The notes under the pieces are model-generated. The model was not told where the DNA came from, ran no database searches, and saw only the letters and a program-made list of their open reading frames with translations. Below are positions 9,137 to 17,868 of a DNA stretch of 64,000 nt, piece after piece; position 1 is the stretch's first letter; each line of letters starts with the position of its first letter. Origin of the DNA: Burkholderiales bacterium (GTDB lineage Bacteria > Pseudomonadota > Gammaproteobacteria > Burkholderiales > SG8-41); NCBI GenBank assembly GCA_964203275.1, contig CAXNMF010000007.1:84405-148404 (forward strand), read 5' to 3'. The position numbers and the translations under genes were made by a program.

Positions 9137-10926
9137 CGCTTGCGGGGGGCCTGGGTGGTGATTTCGGTTTTCAAAAATGCAAAGTCGCAGCCCTCATCGG
9201 CCTGCGTGATCTGCTCCATGAACAACTTGCGGTAACCGCGCGCATCGTCCTTGCGCGGCTTTGGTGCCTTCCACTTCTTGCGGCGGGCTTCCAGTTCAGC
9301 ATCGCTGACCAGCAATTCCAGCTTGCGCGCCGGCACATCAAGGCGAATGCGGTCGCCGTTCTGCACCAGTGCCAGTGTACCGCCGATTGCCGACTCCGGC
9401 GTCACATGCAGCACGATCGCGCCGAATGCAGTGCCGCTCATGCGCGCATCGGAAATGCGCACCATGTCTTTCACACCCTTGGCCGCGAGTTTTTTAGGAA
9501 TCGGCAGGTAACCGGCTTCGGGCATGCCGGGCGCGCCGATCGGTCCTGCATTTTTCAGCACCAGAATATCATCGGCTTTGACGTCGAGTTTCGGATCATC
9601 GACACGCTCCGCCATATCCGGCAGCGATTCGAACACCACCGCGCGGCCCTCGTGCTTCGTCAGCTTCGGATCCATCGCCGCCTGCTTGATGATCGCACCA
9701 CCCGGCGCGAGATTGCCGCGCAACACGGCAATGCTGCCACCGGCAAACACCGGATCCTTGAATTTGCGCACCACCTTCTGGTCCCAGGCCGGCGGCGCTT
9801 CCGCCAGATCTTCGCCGAGGGTTTTGCCGGTGACGGTCAGCGCCTTCAGATTCAGCTGATGCTTGAGTTCACGCAGGATCACGGCAAGGCCACCGGCCTT
9901 GTAGAGATCCTCCATATAACCCTGGCCGGTCGGTTTCAGATCCACCAGCACCGGCGTCTCGCGGCCCATCTTGTCGAAAGCATCCAGATCCAGCTTGATG
10001 CCCAAGCGCCCCGCCATCGCCGCCAGATGCACGATGGCATTGGTCGAGCCGCCAACCGCAAACAGTACGCGCAGCGCATTCTCGAAAGCCTCGACCGTCA
10101 TGATCTTGTCGGGCGTCAGCTTCTCTTTGGCCATCGCCACTGCGCGCGCGCCGCTGGCCTCCGCCTGACGCAGGCGATCCGCCATCACCGCTGGCACGCA
10201 GGAGCCGCCGGGAAGCATCATGCCCATCGCTTCGGTGCACAGCGCCATCGTGCTCGCCGTACCCATCACCATGCAAGTGCCGGCCGACGGCGCGAGCTTG
10301 TTGTTGATTTCGCCGATTTCCTGCTCGGAAATTTCGGTGGCGCGGTATTTACCCCAGAAGCGGCGGCAGTCAGTACAGGCACCGAGGCGCTCACCCTTGT
10401 GATCACCGGTAATCATCGGCCCCGTCACCAGCATGATCGACGGCACATTGGCGCTGGCCGCGCCCATCAGCAATGCAGGAACAGTCTTGTCGCAGCCGCC
10501 AATCAGCACCACCGAATCCACCGGCTGTCCGCGCATCATCTCCTCGGTGTCCACCGACATCAGATTGCGCAGGTACATGCTGGTTGGATAGGCGAACGAT
10601 TCATGCAGCGTGATGACCGGAAACTCTACCGGCAAACCGCCGGCAAGCATCACACCGCGTTTGACGGCTTCAATCAGTTCCGGAACATTGCGGTGGCAGG
10701 CGTTGAATCCGCTGAAGGTATTGGTGATGCCGACAATCGGCCGGTCGAGCGCATCATCGGTGTAACCCATCGCCTTGATGAAGGCTTTGCGCAGGAACAG
10801 CGAGAAACCCTCGTCGCCATAGGCGGTCAATCCTTTGCGCATGCCGCTTTTCACTGCGCTTTTTGCCGCACCTTTTGCAGCGATTTTTACCGCGCCTTTT
10901 ACAGCTTTTCCGCTCTTCTTTGCCAT
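9133..10926 (-). CDS. IlvD/Edd-family dehydratase (dihydroxy-acid or sugar-acid dehydratase type) with a short Lys/Ala-rich N-terminal extension
   Basis: 597 aa with RPIVGITNTFSGFNACH, GGCDKTVPA and SDARMSGTAFG motifs. AAGGAAGG lies 9 nt before the ATG at 10926. Substrate not assignable. Confidence 0.88.
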   Translation of the reverse strand: MAKKSGKAVKGAVKIAAKGAAKSAVKSGMRKGLTAYGDEGFSLFLRKAFIKAMGYTDDALDRPIVGITNTFSGFNACHRNVPELIEAVKRGVMLAGGLPVEFPVITLHESFAYPTSMYLRNLMSVDTEEMMRGQPVDSVVLIGGCDKTVPALLMGAASANVPSIMLVTGPMITGDHKGERLGACTDCRRFWGKYRATEISEQEIGEINNKLAPSAGTCMVMGTASTMALCTEAMGMMLPGGSCVPAVMADRLRQAEASGARAVAMAKEKLTPDKIMTVEAFENALRVLFAVGGSTNAIVHLAAMAGRLGIKLDLDAFDKMGRETPVLVDLKPTGQGYMEDLYKAGGLAVILRELKHQLNLKALTVTGKTLGEDLAEAPPAWDQKVVRKFKDPVFAGGSIAVLRGNLAPGGAIIKQAAMDPKLTKHEGRAVVFESLPDMAERVDDPKLDVKADDILVLKNAGPIGAPGMPEAGYLPIPKKLAAKGVKDMVRISDARMSGTAFGAIVLHVTPESAIGGTLALVQNGDRIRLDVPARKLELLVSDAELEARRKKWKAPKPRKDDARGYRKLFMEQITQADEGCDFAFLKTEITTQAPRKR

Positions 10927-11062
10927 GGGAAATTACCTTCCTTGATGCTGCGTCATCCGGAATGCGCAGTCACACTGAATACGCCTGCTTCGGGAGTTCG
11001 ACACGATAGCGGAAGCCCCTTCCAAGGCGCAATAGCCTCAAAGCAATAACACCCGCCAAATT

Positions 11063-12121
11063 TCAGAAGGGCAGCAGCGCCGTCAGTCCGGTATCGCGCG
11101 CAATGGAGACCAGATTCTCCAGCGTATCCGCGGGCAGCAGCAGGCCGTCCCGACGGTTGGCGATGTCGTTGTTGGCTTCGATTTCGCCGGGATAAAACAC
11201 CTCATCACTGCCCTTGGCCAGCGGCACCGACTTCAGTTCGGCAATGTACTGCTCCATGCGCGCATTGAACTGCGCCAACGGCTGCAGCGCCTCGATGTTG
11301 ATCGCAACCATGAAGTGGCCGCAGTTGCTCTTCTCCGCGGTTTTATACGGGCTGTGCACACCGGATAAAAATCCGCTGCCGGTCAACACGCCGGACAGCA
11401 CATCAACCATCATCGCAATCGCATACCCCTTGTGCCCGGCCATCGGCAGCACAATCCCTTCGATTGCCGCCTGCGGATCGGTCGTCGGCGCGCCGTCCTT
11501 GTCGATCGCCCAACCCTCGGGAATCGGCTGACGTTTATTGTGTGCGAGATAGATCTTGCCCCGCGCAACACCGGTATTCGCCATGTCCATCAGGAAGGGC
11601 GGGTGTTTTCCCGCTGGCGTCGCCACCGACCAGGGATTGGTGCCAATGATTTTCTTGCGCCCGCCCCAGGGCGCCATTGCCGGCCCGCCGTTGGTCGTCA
11701 GCAGCATCACGCAGCCATCGAGCGCACCGAGGCGGGTGTAATACATGCAGGTGCCGAAATGATTCGACATGCGCACGCCGACCGCGGCAATGCCGTGCTG
11801 CTTGGCCCGCTTCACCGCCTCGCGGGTGGCCAGCATCGTGAGCACATGGCCGACGCCGTCGTGACCGTCGATGACCGCCATCGCGCCGGCGTCCACGACG
11901 AATTCCGGCTTGGTCACCGAGTCCATCACTTTGTTTTGCAAACGCTCCAGGTACCAGCCCAGACGCAACACGCCATGCGACTGATGCCCCCACAGATCCG
12001 ACTGCACCAGCGTATCGGCCAGCAGCCGCGCATCCGCTTCCGGCATACCGGCACCGGCATAAACCGCGGTAGCAAATGCGTTCAGGCGCCCGGCATCAAC
12101 CCGGATCTCAGCCTGCGGCAT
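11063..12121 (-). CDS. Ldh_2-family oxidoreductase (malate/L-lactate/ureidoglycolate dehydrogenase family 2)
   Basis: Start set at MPQAEIR (ATG 12121), which overlaps the upstream stop by 14 nt. Contains DLWGHQSHGVLRL and RMSNHFG motifs. Confidence 0.85.
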   Translation of the reverse strand: MPQAEIRVDAGRLNAFATAVYAGAGMPEADARLLADTLVQSDLWGHQSHGVLRLGWYLERLQNKVMDSVTKPEFVVDAGAMAVIDGHDGVGHVLTMLATREAVKRAKQHGIAAVGVRMSNHFGTCMYYTRLGALDGCVMLLTTNGGPAMAPWGGRKKIIGTNPWSVATPAGKHPPFLMDMANTGVARGKIYLAHNKRQPIPEGWAIDKDGAPTTDPQAAIEGIVLPMAGHKGYAIAMMVDVLSGVLTGSGFLSGVHSPYKTAEKSNCGHFMVAINIEALQPLAQFNARMEQYIAELKSVPLAKGSDEVFYPGEIEANNDIANRRDGLLLPADTLENLVSIARDTGLTALLPF

Positions 12122-13010
12122 TGTCGTCCTTGCTGCGGAACTGCACGTCCAGCAACTCTTCAAAGACGCGAATCATCGCGCCCTTGTCGAGATGACCATG
12201 CCCTTTGAGCAAGGCCATCTGGTAGGTAGCAGATGCAGCCGCCAGAACCGGCATCGGAATATTGTGGGTGGCGCTGACCTTGGCCCCCGCATCAATATCC
12301 TTGTAGGCATGCTGTAGCGGATAACCGTCGGCGAAATTGTTTTTGAGGATCCGCGGAATGAAAAACTCCGAGGCATAGCTGCGTCCGGTGCCGCTGTTGA
12401 TGATCTTGCCGATCTTCTCCGGATCAATGCCAAGCTTTGCCGCCATCGGCAGCACTTCCGCGATGGCTGCACAGTTGATGTCGAACAGCAGCTGATTGAT
12501 CAGCTTGGACAACTGGCCGCTGCCGGAATCGCCCATGTGCAGGATGTTGTTGGCGACGCAGGACAGATAAGGCCTGACTTTCTCGAGTGTCTCCTCATTG
12601 CCGCCACACATCGCCGTCAGCGTGCCTTCGATCGCGCGCGCCTCCATGCCGGAAACGGGCGCATCGATAAAACCGATGCCGCGCTCCGCGAGTTTATTCG
12701 CGAACTCACGGGTTTCCAGGTAATCCATGGTGCTGGTATCGACGATGATCTGGGAGGCCCCCATCATCGCAGCGATGCCCTTCGCGCCAAACAGCGTTTC
12801 CCGCACCGCCTCGGTACCCGGCAGACAGAGAAACACGATGTCGGCACGCGCCACCACAGCGAGGTCGCTGGTGGCCTGCGCACCCTTGGCCTCCAGCTCG
12901 GCATGGCGCTTGCCGCTCGCTGAACTCACGGTCAGCTTCGCGCCGCTTTTCAGCATGTTGATGGCCATGGGCCGCCCCATCTGGCCCAATCCGACAAAAG
13001 CGATATGCAT
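12108..13010 (-). CDS. NAD(P)-dependent oxidoreductase, 3-hydroxyisobutyrate / tartronate-semialdehyde reductase family
   Basis: N-terminal Rossmann motif MHIAFVGLGQMGRPMAINM and the conserved DAPVSG block. 300 aa. Confidence 0.85.
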   Translation of the reverse strand: MHIAFVGLGQMGRPMAINMLKSGAKLTVSSASGKRHAELEAKGAQATSDLAVVARADIVFLCLPGTEAVRETLFGAKGIAAMMGASQIIVDTSTMDYLETREFANKLAERGIGFIDAPVSGMEARAIEGTLTAMCGGNEETLEKVRPYLSCVANNILHMGDSGSGQLSKLINQLLFDINCAAIAEVLPMAAKLGIDPEKIGKIINSGTGRSYASEFFIPRILKNNFADGYPLQHAYKDIDAGAKVSATHNIPMPVLAAASATYQMALLKGHGHLDKGAMIRVFEELLDVQFRSKDDNAAG

Positions 13011-13050
13011 GGTGTCCGCCTCTACAGGGTGTTGCCGCCCGGCTTTGTGT

Positions 13051-13839
13051 TTATGCGCCCTTGAACTGGGGCGGACGTTTCTCGATGAACGCGCGTAGCG
13101 CCTCTTTCGTGTCCTCAGTGCCCTTGAGCTTGTTGTTCATCGTGTTCTGCAACTCGAGTTGCTGTTCGACGTCCTGCTGCCAGGCACGACGCAAGGCGAT
13201 CTTGGTCATCTGCACCGCAATCGGCGCCTTGCTGTTGAGTTTGCGCGCCAGCGCCATCGCTTCATCCATCAGCTTGTCGTGCGGCACCACTGAGTAGGCC
13301 AGCCCCATGGCCTTGGCCTGCGCGGCATCAAACGGTTCGCCCAGCAGGCACAGTTCAGCCGCCTTGGCATGTCCCACCAGTCGCGGCAGATACCAGGTCG
13401 CGGTTTCACCCATCAAGCCACGCTCGACGAAGTTGACGCCGAAATTGGCTTGCTCACTGAGAATGCGGAAGTCGGCAGCAAACGCCATGTTGCAGCCGGC
13501 GCCGCGGGTCACGCCGTTCACCGCCGCAATCACCGGTTTGGTGATCTGACTGAAACCGATCGCGTAGTAATACTTCATGTCGAACAGCGGCTGCGGCGAA
13601 GTGCCGCCAGCCCCCGCCTTCTCGGCCTCGGCGCGGGCCTTCAGATCAGCGCCAGAGCAGAAACCACGGCCATTGCCGGTAGCGATGATGGTCCAAACAT
13701 CCGGGTCGGCTTCAGCAGCACGCAACACATGCTCCATCTCATTGCGCATCACGTTGTCGATGGCATTCAGCCGCTCGGGGCGGTTTAGTCTGAGGATGCC
13801 GATGTGTTCACGCACTTCCCATTGAATGGCTTGATACAT
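13051..13839 (-). CDS. Enoyl-CoA hydratase/isomerase (crotonase) family protein
   Basis: Start at MYQAIQWEV, preceded by GGGAAGGG. Crotonase motifs ILRLNRPERLNA and GNGRGFCSGADL are present. Confidence 0.85.
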   Translation of the reverse strand: MYQAIQWEVREHIGILRLNRPERLNAIDNVMRNEMEHVLRAAEADPDVWTIIATGNGRGFCSGADLKARAEAEKAGAGGTSPQPLFDMKYYYAIGFSQITKPVIAAVNGVTRGAGCNMAFAADFRILSEQANFGVNFVERGLMGETATWYLPRLVGHAKAAELCLLGEPFDAAQAKAMGLAYSVVPHDKLMDEAMALARKLNSKAPIAVQMTKIALRRAWQQDVEQQLELQNTMNNKLKGTEDTKEALRAFIEKRPPQFKGA

Positions 13840-13889
13840 GATGTTGCCCTTCCCTGCGCTAGATTGAATGGTGGAAATTTTGCCCGGCA

Positions 13890-13904
13890 TTGCACGATGT
13901 GCAA
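13890..13904. promoter_or_regulatory. 15-bp palindrome TTGCAC-GAT-GTGCAA, a candidate operator upstream of the enoyl-CoA hydratase cluster
   Basis: Perfect 6-bp inverted arms, located about 50 bp upstream of the minus-strand start at 13839. No cognate regulator identified. Confidence 0.25.
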
Positions 13905-14012
13905 GCTCGCACGGTTACGAACCCGGGAGAATAACTCAAGCGAAATGTCAAGGCCGACAGATTACCTTGCCAAGCTCAAACGGCTTCGCAGAACGGATGC
14001 AAAAACAATATG

Positions 14013-14028
14013 TTGCAAACTTTGATTA
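14013..14028 (+). promoter_or_regulatory. Single NrdR-box-like sequence
   Basis: The core of aaaCAATATGTTGcaa matches 9 of 10 positions of the NrdR core CwAtATaTwG, but the flanks are poor. No second box is seen at the usual ~31-bp spacing. Confidence 0.25.
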
Positions 14029-14031
14029 AAG

Positions 14032-14045
14032 TCAAATCACGAGAC
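14032..14045 (+). promoter_or_regulatory. FNR/Anr-type box TTGAT-N4-GTCAA upstream of nrdJ
   Basis: 9 of 10 match to TTGAT-N4-ATCAA. The centre lies ~104 bp before the nrdJ ATG. A -10-like TAAGTA at 14066-14071 fits class II (-41.5) geometry. Confidence 0.5.
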
Positions 14046-14142
14046 TTTTCAGACGTAAGTACGGAGCGCATACTGCTCGCCAAATTGCTTTTACAAAAAC
14101 ATTGGCGCCCAGTAAGCGCCGCAGACAGAAAGGTCAAGAAGA

Positions 14143-17013
14143 ATGAATGAATCCGCCCTCGGCGCCGCCAACGCCGTCGCACTCCCCGAGCAGGAAATCA
14201 GCCGCGACACCCTCCTCGAGAAGTATGCCAAGGGCAAGGAAACCAGTATCACCGATGTGCGACGACGAGTCGCACGTGCGCTGGCCCAGGTCGAAGCAGA
14301 AGACCAGCGCGGTCTCTGGGAAAAACGTTTCCTGCAGGCCCAGGAGGAAGGCTTCATCCCCGCCGGCCGCATCAACTCCGCCGCCGGCGTGCAACTCGCT
14401 GCAACACTAATCAACTGTTTTGTGCAACCGGTCGGCGATTCGATCTCCGAAACGGTTGATGGCCGCCCCGGCATCTATATCGCGCTGCAAGAAGCCGCAG
14501 AAACCATGCGTCGTGGCGGCGGCGTCGGTTACGACTTCTCGTCGATCCGCCCCAAGGGTGCCGAAGTCAAAGGCACGCAGTCCAATGCCAGCGGCCCAGT
14601 GTCCTATATGCGTGTATTCGACCGCTCCTGCGAGACGGTGGAATCCGCCGGCTCACGCCGAGGCGCGCAGATGGCCGTTCTGCGCTGTGACCACCCGGAC
14701 GTCGAAGATTTCATTCACGCCAAGGACAAGGGCGACCTCACCAATTTCAACATCTCCGTCGGCGTCACCGACACCTTCATGGAAGCCGTAGAGAAGGATC
14801 GGGACGTCGAACTCGTGCACCGCTCCAAGCCCAATGCCAAGCAAATGGCCCTGGGTTCGTATCAGCGCGAAGACGGCCTGTGGGTCTACCGCAAGGTGCC
14901 GGCACGCGACCTGTGGGAACAGGTCATGCACTCCACCTACGATCACGCCGAACCGGGCATCCTGTTCATCGACCGCATGAACAAGGACAACAACCTCAAT
15001 TACTGTGAAACCATCGAGGCCACGAACCCCTGCGCCGAACAGCCGCTGCCGCCCTATGGCTGCTGCTGCCTCGGCTCAATCGACCTGACCAAATTCGTCA
15101 AACAACCGTTTGCCGAAAAATCCGAATTCAATTTCGAACATTTCGGCCGCGTCGTCGCCGTTGCCACGCGCATGCTCGACAACGTGCTGGACGTCACCGC
15201 CTGGCCGCTGAAGCAACAGCAGGAAGAAGCCGCCAACAAGCGCCGCGTCGGACTCGGCTTTACCGGCCTCGGCGACGCGCTAATCATGCTGCGCCTGCGT
15301 TACGACACGCCGGAAGCCCGGCAGATGGCTGCGAAGATTTCCGAAGCCATGCGCGACGCTGCCTATCGCGCCTCGGCGGAACTCGCCCGTGAAAAAGGCG
15401 CCTTCCCGCTGTTCAATGCCGATCTGTACCTCAGCGGCAGCAGCTTCGCCGCACGTCTGCCCGATGAAATCAAACAGGTCATCCGCAAAAACGGCATCCG
15501 CAACAGCCACCTGCTGTCGATCGCGCCGACCGGCACGATCAGCCTGTCCTTCGCCGACAATGCCTCGAACGGCATCGAGCCGCCGTTCTCATGGACCTAC
15601 ACGCGCAAAAAACGCATGCCCGACAACACCATGCGCGAATTCGCCGTCGAAGATCACGCCTGGCGCCGTTACAAGGCCGAAGGCGGCAACACCGAGAAAC
15701 TGCCGCCGTGGTTTGTCACCGCACTCGAAATCTCAGCAACGGCACATGAAGAAATGGTCGCCGCGGTCGCGCCATACGTCGATACCAGCATTTCCAAAAC
15801 CGTCAACGTTCCCGAGGACTACCCGTACAGCGAATTCCAGGATCTGTATTTCCGCGCCTGGAAATCCGGCCTGAAAGGCCTGGCCACCTATCGCCCGAAC
15901 AGCATCCTTGGCTCCGTGCTGTCAGTGGAACCGACCAGCAAGGAAAAAGCACCGCAGGATTTCCGCGCCGACGACGTCAACCGCCGCATCCAGATCCAGT
16001 CGTTGCCAGCCCCGGTGCTGGCCAGCCTGCGCTGGCCCGGCCGTCCGTCGATGACTGCAGGCAATCCGGCCTGGACATACATGATCGAACATCCGCACGG
16101 CGCCTTTGCGGTGTTTGTCGGTCACGTCGAAAACGAACACAACCACGCCTTCGAAGTCTGGGTGAACGGCAGCGAACAGCCGCGCGGCCTCGGCGCGGTC
16201 GCCAAGACCTTGTCGATGGACATGCGCGCCGATGATCCGGGCTGGCTCAAACTCAAGCTCGACTCGCTGGCCCGCGCCGGCGGTGATGAACCCTTCGACA
16301 TGGCCTTCCCGCCGCTCGGCGAAGTCAAACGCATGCCTTCGGTGGTTGCCGCCTTCGCGCAAGTCGTGCGCTGGCGTGCCGATCAACTGGGCGCGCTGAC
16401 CTCGCCCGGCGCCGCGCTGTTCGGCCAGTCGGCCACACCGGTACTCGACGCGATGTTTGCGCCGAAAGAACCCAAGACCGGCACCGACGGCACGATGTCA
16501 TGGACCGTCGACGTACTCAACCCGCGCACCGGAGATGACTTCGTGTTGGGCATCAAGGAAATCACCTTGCCCGATGGCGTCACCCGCCCGTACTCGATGT
16601 GGCTCGCCGGCGAATACCCGCGCGCCCTCGACGGCCTGTGCAAGATCCTCTCGCTCGACATGCGCGTGATGGATCCGGCCTGGATCGGCATGAAACTGAA
16701 AAAACTGCTGGAGTTCCCGGAACCACTGGGTGACTTCATGGCTTTCGTGCCGGGCGAACGCAAGCAGGCCACTTATCCTTCGACGGTCGCGTATGTCGCC
16801 AACCTTATCCTGCACCGCTACGCGATGCTGGGCATCCTCGACGCAAACGGTGCGCCACTGACGCAGATGGGCATTCTTGAAGCGCCGGAACGCAGCACCG
16901 AGCCGAAGGTCATGAAAGGTTCACGCTGCCCCGAGTGCGGCAACCACACGCTGATCCGCAAGGACGGCTGCGATTACTGCACCGCCTGCGGGTTCACCGG
17001 CACCTGCGGCTGA
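14143..17013 (+). CDS. nrdJ: Class II (adenosylcobalamin-dependent) ribonucleotide reductase
   Basis: 956 aa with [18 protein letters not shown] (active-site Cys loop), [10 protein letters not shown] and [10 protein letters not shown] motifs. The Cys-rich C-terminal tail is [28 protein letters not shown]. Confidence 0.9.
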   Translation: MNESALGAANAVALPEQEISRDTLLEKYAKGKETSITDVRRRVARALAQVEAEDQRGLWEKRFLQAQEEGFIPAGRINSAAGVQLAATLINCFVQPVGDSISETVDGRPGIYIALQEAAETMRRGGGVGYDFSSIRPKGAEVKGTQSNASGPVSYMRVFDRSCETVESAGSRRGAQMAVLRCDHPDVEDFIHAKDKGDLTNFNISVGVTDTFMEAVEKDRDVELVHRSKPNAKQMALGSYQREDGLWVYRKVPARDLWEQVMHSTYDHAEPGILFIDRMNKDNNLNYCETIEATNPCAEQPLPPYGCCCLGSIDLTKFVKQPFAEKSEFNFEHFGRVVAVATRMLDNVLDVTAWPLKQQQEEAANKRRVGLGFTGLGDALIMLRLRYDTPEARQMAAKISEAMRDAAYRASAELAREKGAFPLFNADLYLSGSSFAARLPDEIKQVIRKNGIRNSHLLSIAPTGTISLSFADNASNGIEPPFSWTYTRKKRMPDNTMREFAVEDHAWRRYKAEGGNTEKLPPWFVTALEISATAHEEMVAAVAPYVDTSISKTVNVPEDYPYSEFQDLYFRAWKSGLKGLATYRPNSILGSVLSVEPTSKEKAPQDFRADDVNRRIQIQSLPAPVLASLRWPGRPSMTAGNPAWTYMIEHPHGAFAVFVGHVENEHNHAFEVWVNGSEQPRGLGAVAKTLSMDMRADDPGWLKLKLDSLARAGGDEPFDMAFPPLGEVKRMPSVVAAFAQVVRWRADQLGALTSPGAALFGQSATPVLDAMFAPKEPKTGTDGTMSWTVDVLNPRTGDDFVLGIKEITLPDGVTRPYSMWLAGEYPRALDGLCKILSLDMRVMDPAWIGMKLKKLLEFPEPLGDFMAFVPGERKQATYPSTVAYVANLILHRYAMLGILDANGAPLTQMGILEAPERSTEPKVMKGSRCPECGNHTLIRKDGCDYCTACGFTGTCG

Positions 17014-17043
17014 CCCGGCACTTGTAGTCCACATGCTCGGATG

Positions 17044-17071
17044 ACTACGCGCCGCCTCGGTGGCGCGTAGT
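17044..17071 (+). terminator. Stem-loop downstream of nrdJ (perfect 10-bp stem, no U-tract)
   Basis: ACTACGCGCC-gcctcggt-GGCGCGTAGT. The absence of a T-run makes intrinsic termination uncertain. Confidence 0.35.
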
Positions 17072-17100
17072 AACATCTTCCGCTCACCCGGAGGATATTC

Positions 17101-17829
17101 ATGGCCAAGACCACACTCGGCAAACTGCCGCGCGAAGCCATCCGCATGCTGGAACTACCGCGAGTCGCACCTGAAATCATTGAAGGTTTTCGCAATCTCG
17201 TTGACCTGACCGGCACGCTGTCCGATGCCTGTGATGAACTCGGCCTCGTCGCCGTGATTCCCGGTTACGTGCTGCCGCCAGTCAACCTCGGTAAACGTAT
17301 CGTTGGCCCGGCGCTGACCGTGCGCAACATCGCGCACGCCACGCAAATCCACAAAGCCGCCACCGACAAAACCAGCGGCCAGGGCGAAACCGAAGCGCAC
17401 AACCTGGCAGAGCCCGGCGATGTGCTGGTGATCGAAGGCGTCATGGGTTGCTCCAATATGGGTGGTCAGTCAGCGACGATTGCCAAACGTCAGGGCTTCA
17501 TCGGCGCGATTGTCGATGCGACAGTTCGCGATCCCGACCAGTATCGCGGCATGGACTGGCCGGTGTGGTGCAAGGGTTTCACGCCGATCACCGGCAAGTG
17601 GCGCATGCAAACCGTTGAGGTCAACGGCACCGTGCAGATCTGCGGCATCCAGGTCAAACCCGGCGACATCATCTGCGCCGATGATGCGGGTGTTGCCGTT
17701 GTTCCGCATGAAAAAGCCGCACTGGTGCTGGAAGCGGCGCGCAAGATCGACGCCGGCGATACCAAACGCAAGGCCGATATTGATGCCGGCACCAGCGTCG
17801 CCGACCTCATTACCAAAAAATACAAATAA
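17101..17829 (+). CDS. RraA-family protein (RraA / HMG-CHA aldolase-like)
   Basis: 242 aa with LVAVIPGYVLPP..GPALTV...GDVLVIEG...GGQSATIAKRQGFIGAIVDATVRD, which is RraA/aldolase-like. Confidence 0.8.
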   Translation: MAKTTLGKLPREAIRMLELPRVAPEIIEGFRNLVDLTGTLSDACDELGLVAVIPGYVLPPVNLGKRIVGPALTVRNIAHATQIHKAATDKTSGQGETEAHNLAEPGDVLVIEGVMGCSNMGGQSATIAKRQGFIGAIVDATVRDPDQYRGMDWPVWCKGFTPITGKWRMQTVEVNGTVQICGIQVKPGDIICADDAGVAVVPHEKAALVLEAARKIDAGDTKRKADIDAGTSVADLITKKYK

Positions 17830-17860
17830 TCAATACAAACAACACGAACAAGCAACCCGG
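17818..17860 (+). repeat. Possible degenerate copy of the AT-rich stop-codon-associated element, in inverted orientation, and an (AAN)n tract
   Basis: TAA-TCAATACAAACAA directly follows the RraA-like stop. It matches 16 of 19 positions to the gene-sense form of copy A (AAAATATCAATAAAAACAA). The sequence is low-complexity. Confidence 0.3.
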
Positions 17861-17868
17861 GGGAGACC

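Noticed and set aside
9406-11049. A 547-aa ORF on the plus strand, antisense to the IlvD/Edd gene. Similar long antisense ORFs lie at 644-1408, 4154-5344, 4950-5726, 29774-30568, 34198-35067, 40885-42042, 43790-44740 and 46482-47411.
   Set aside because: They have an Arg/His/Gly/Ala-rich composition typical of out-of-frame reading of GC-rich coding DNA. They have no motifs and no ribosome-binding sites, and each is fully shadowed by a well-supported gene on the other strand.
13840-14142. Possible cobalamin riboswitch upstream of the B12-dependent nrdJ.
   Set aside because: No B12-box-like conserved core or multi-stem architecture is recognisable by eye in the 300-bp leader. A covariance-model scan (cobalamin riboswitch model) would be needed to exclude it formally.
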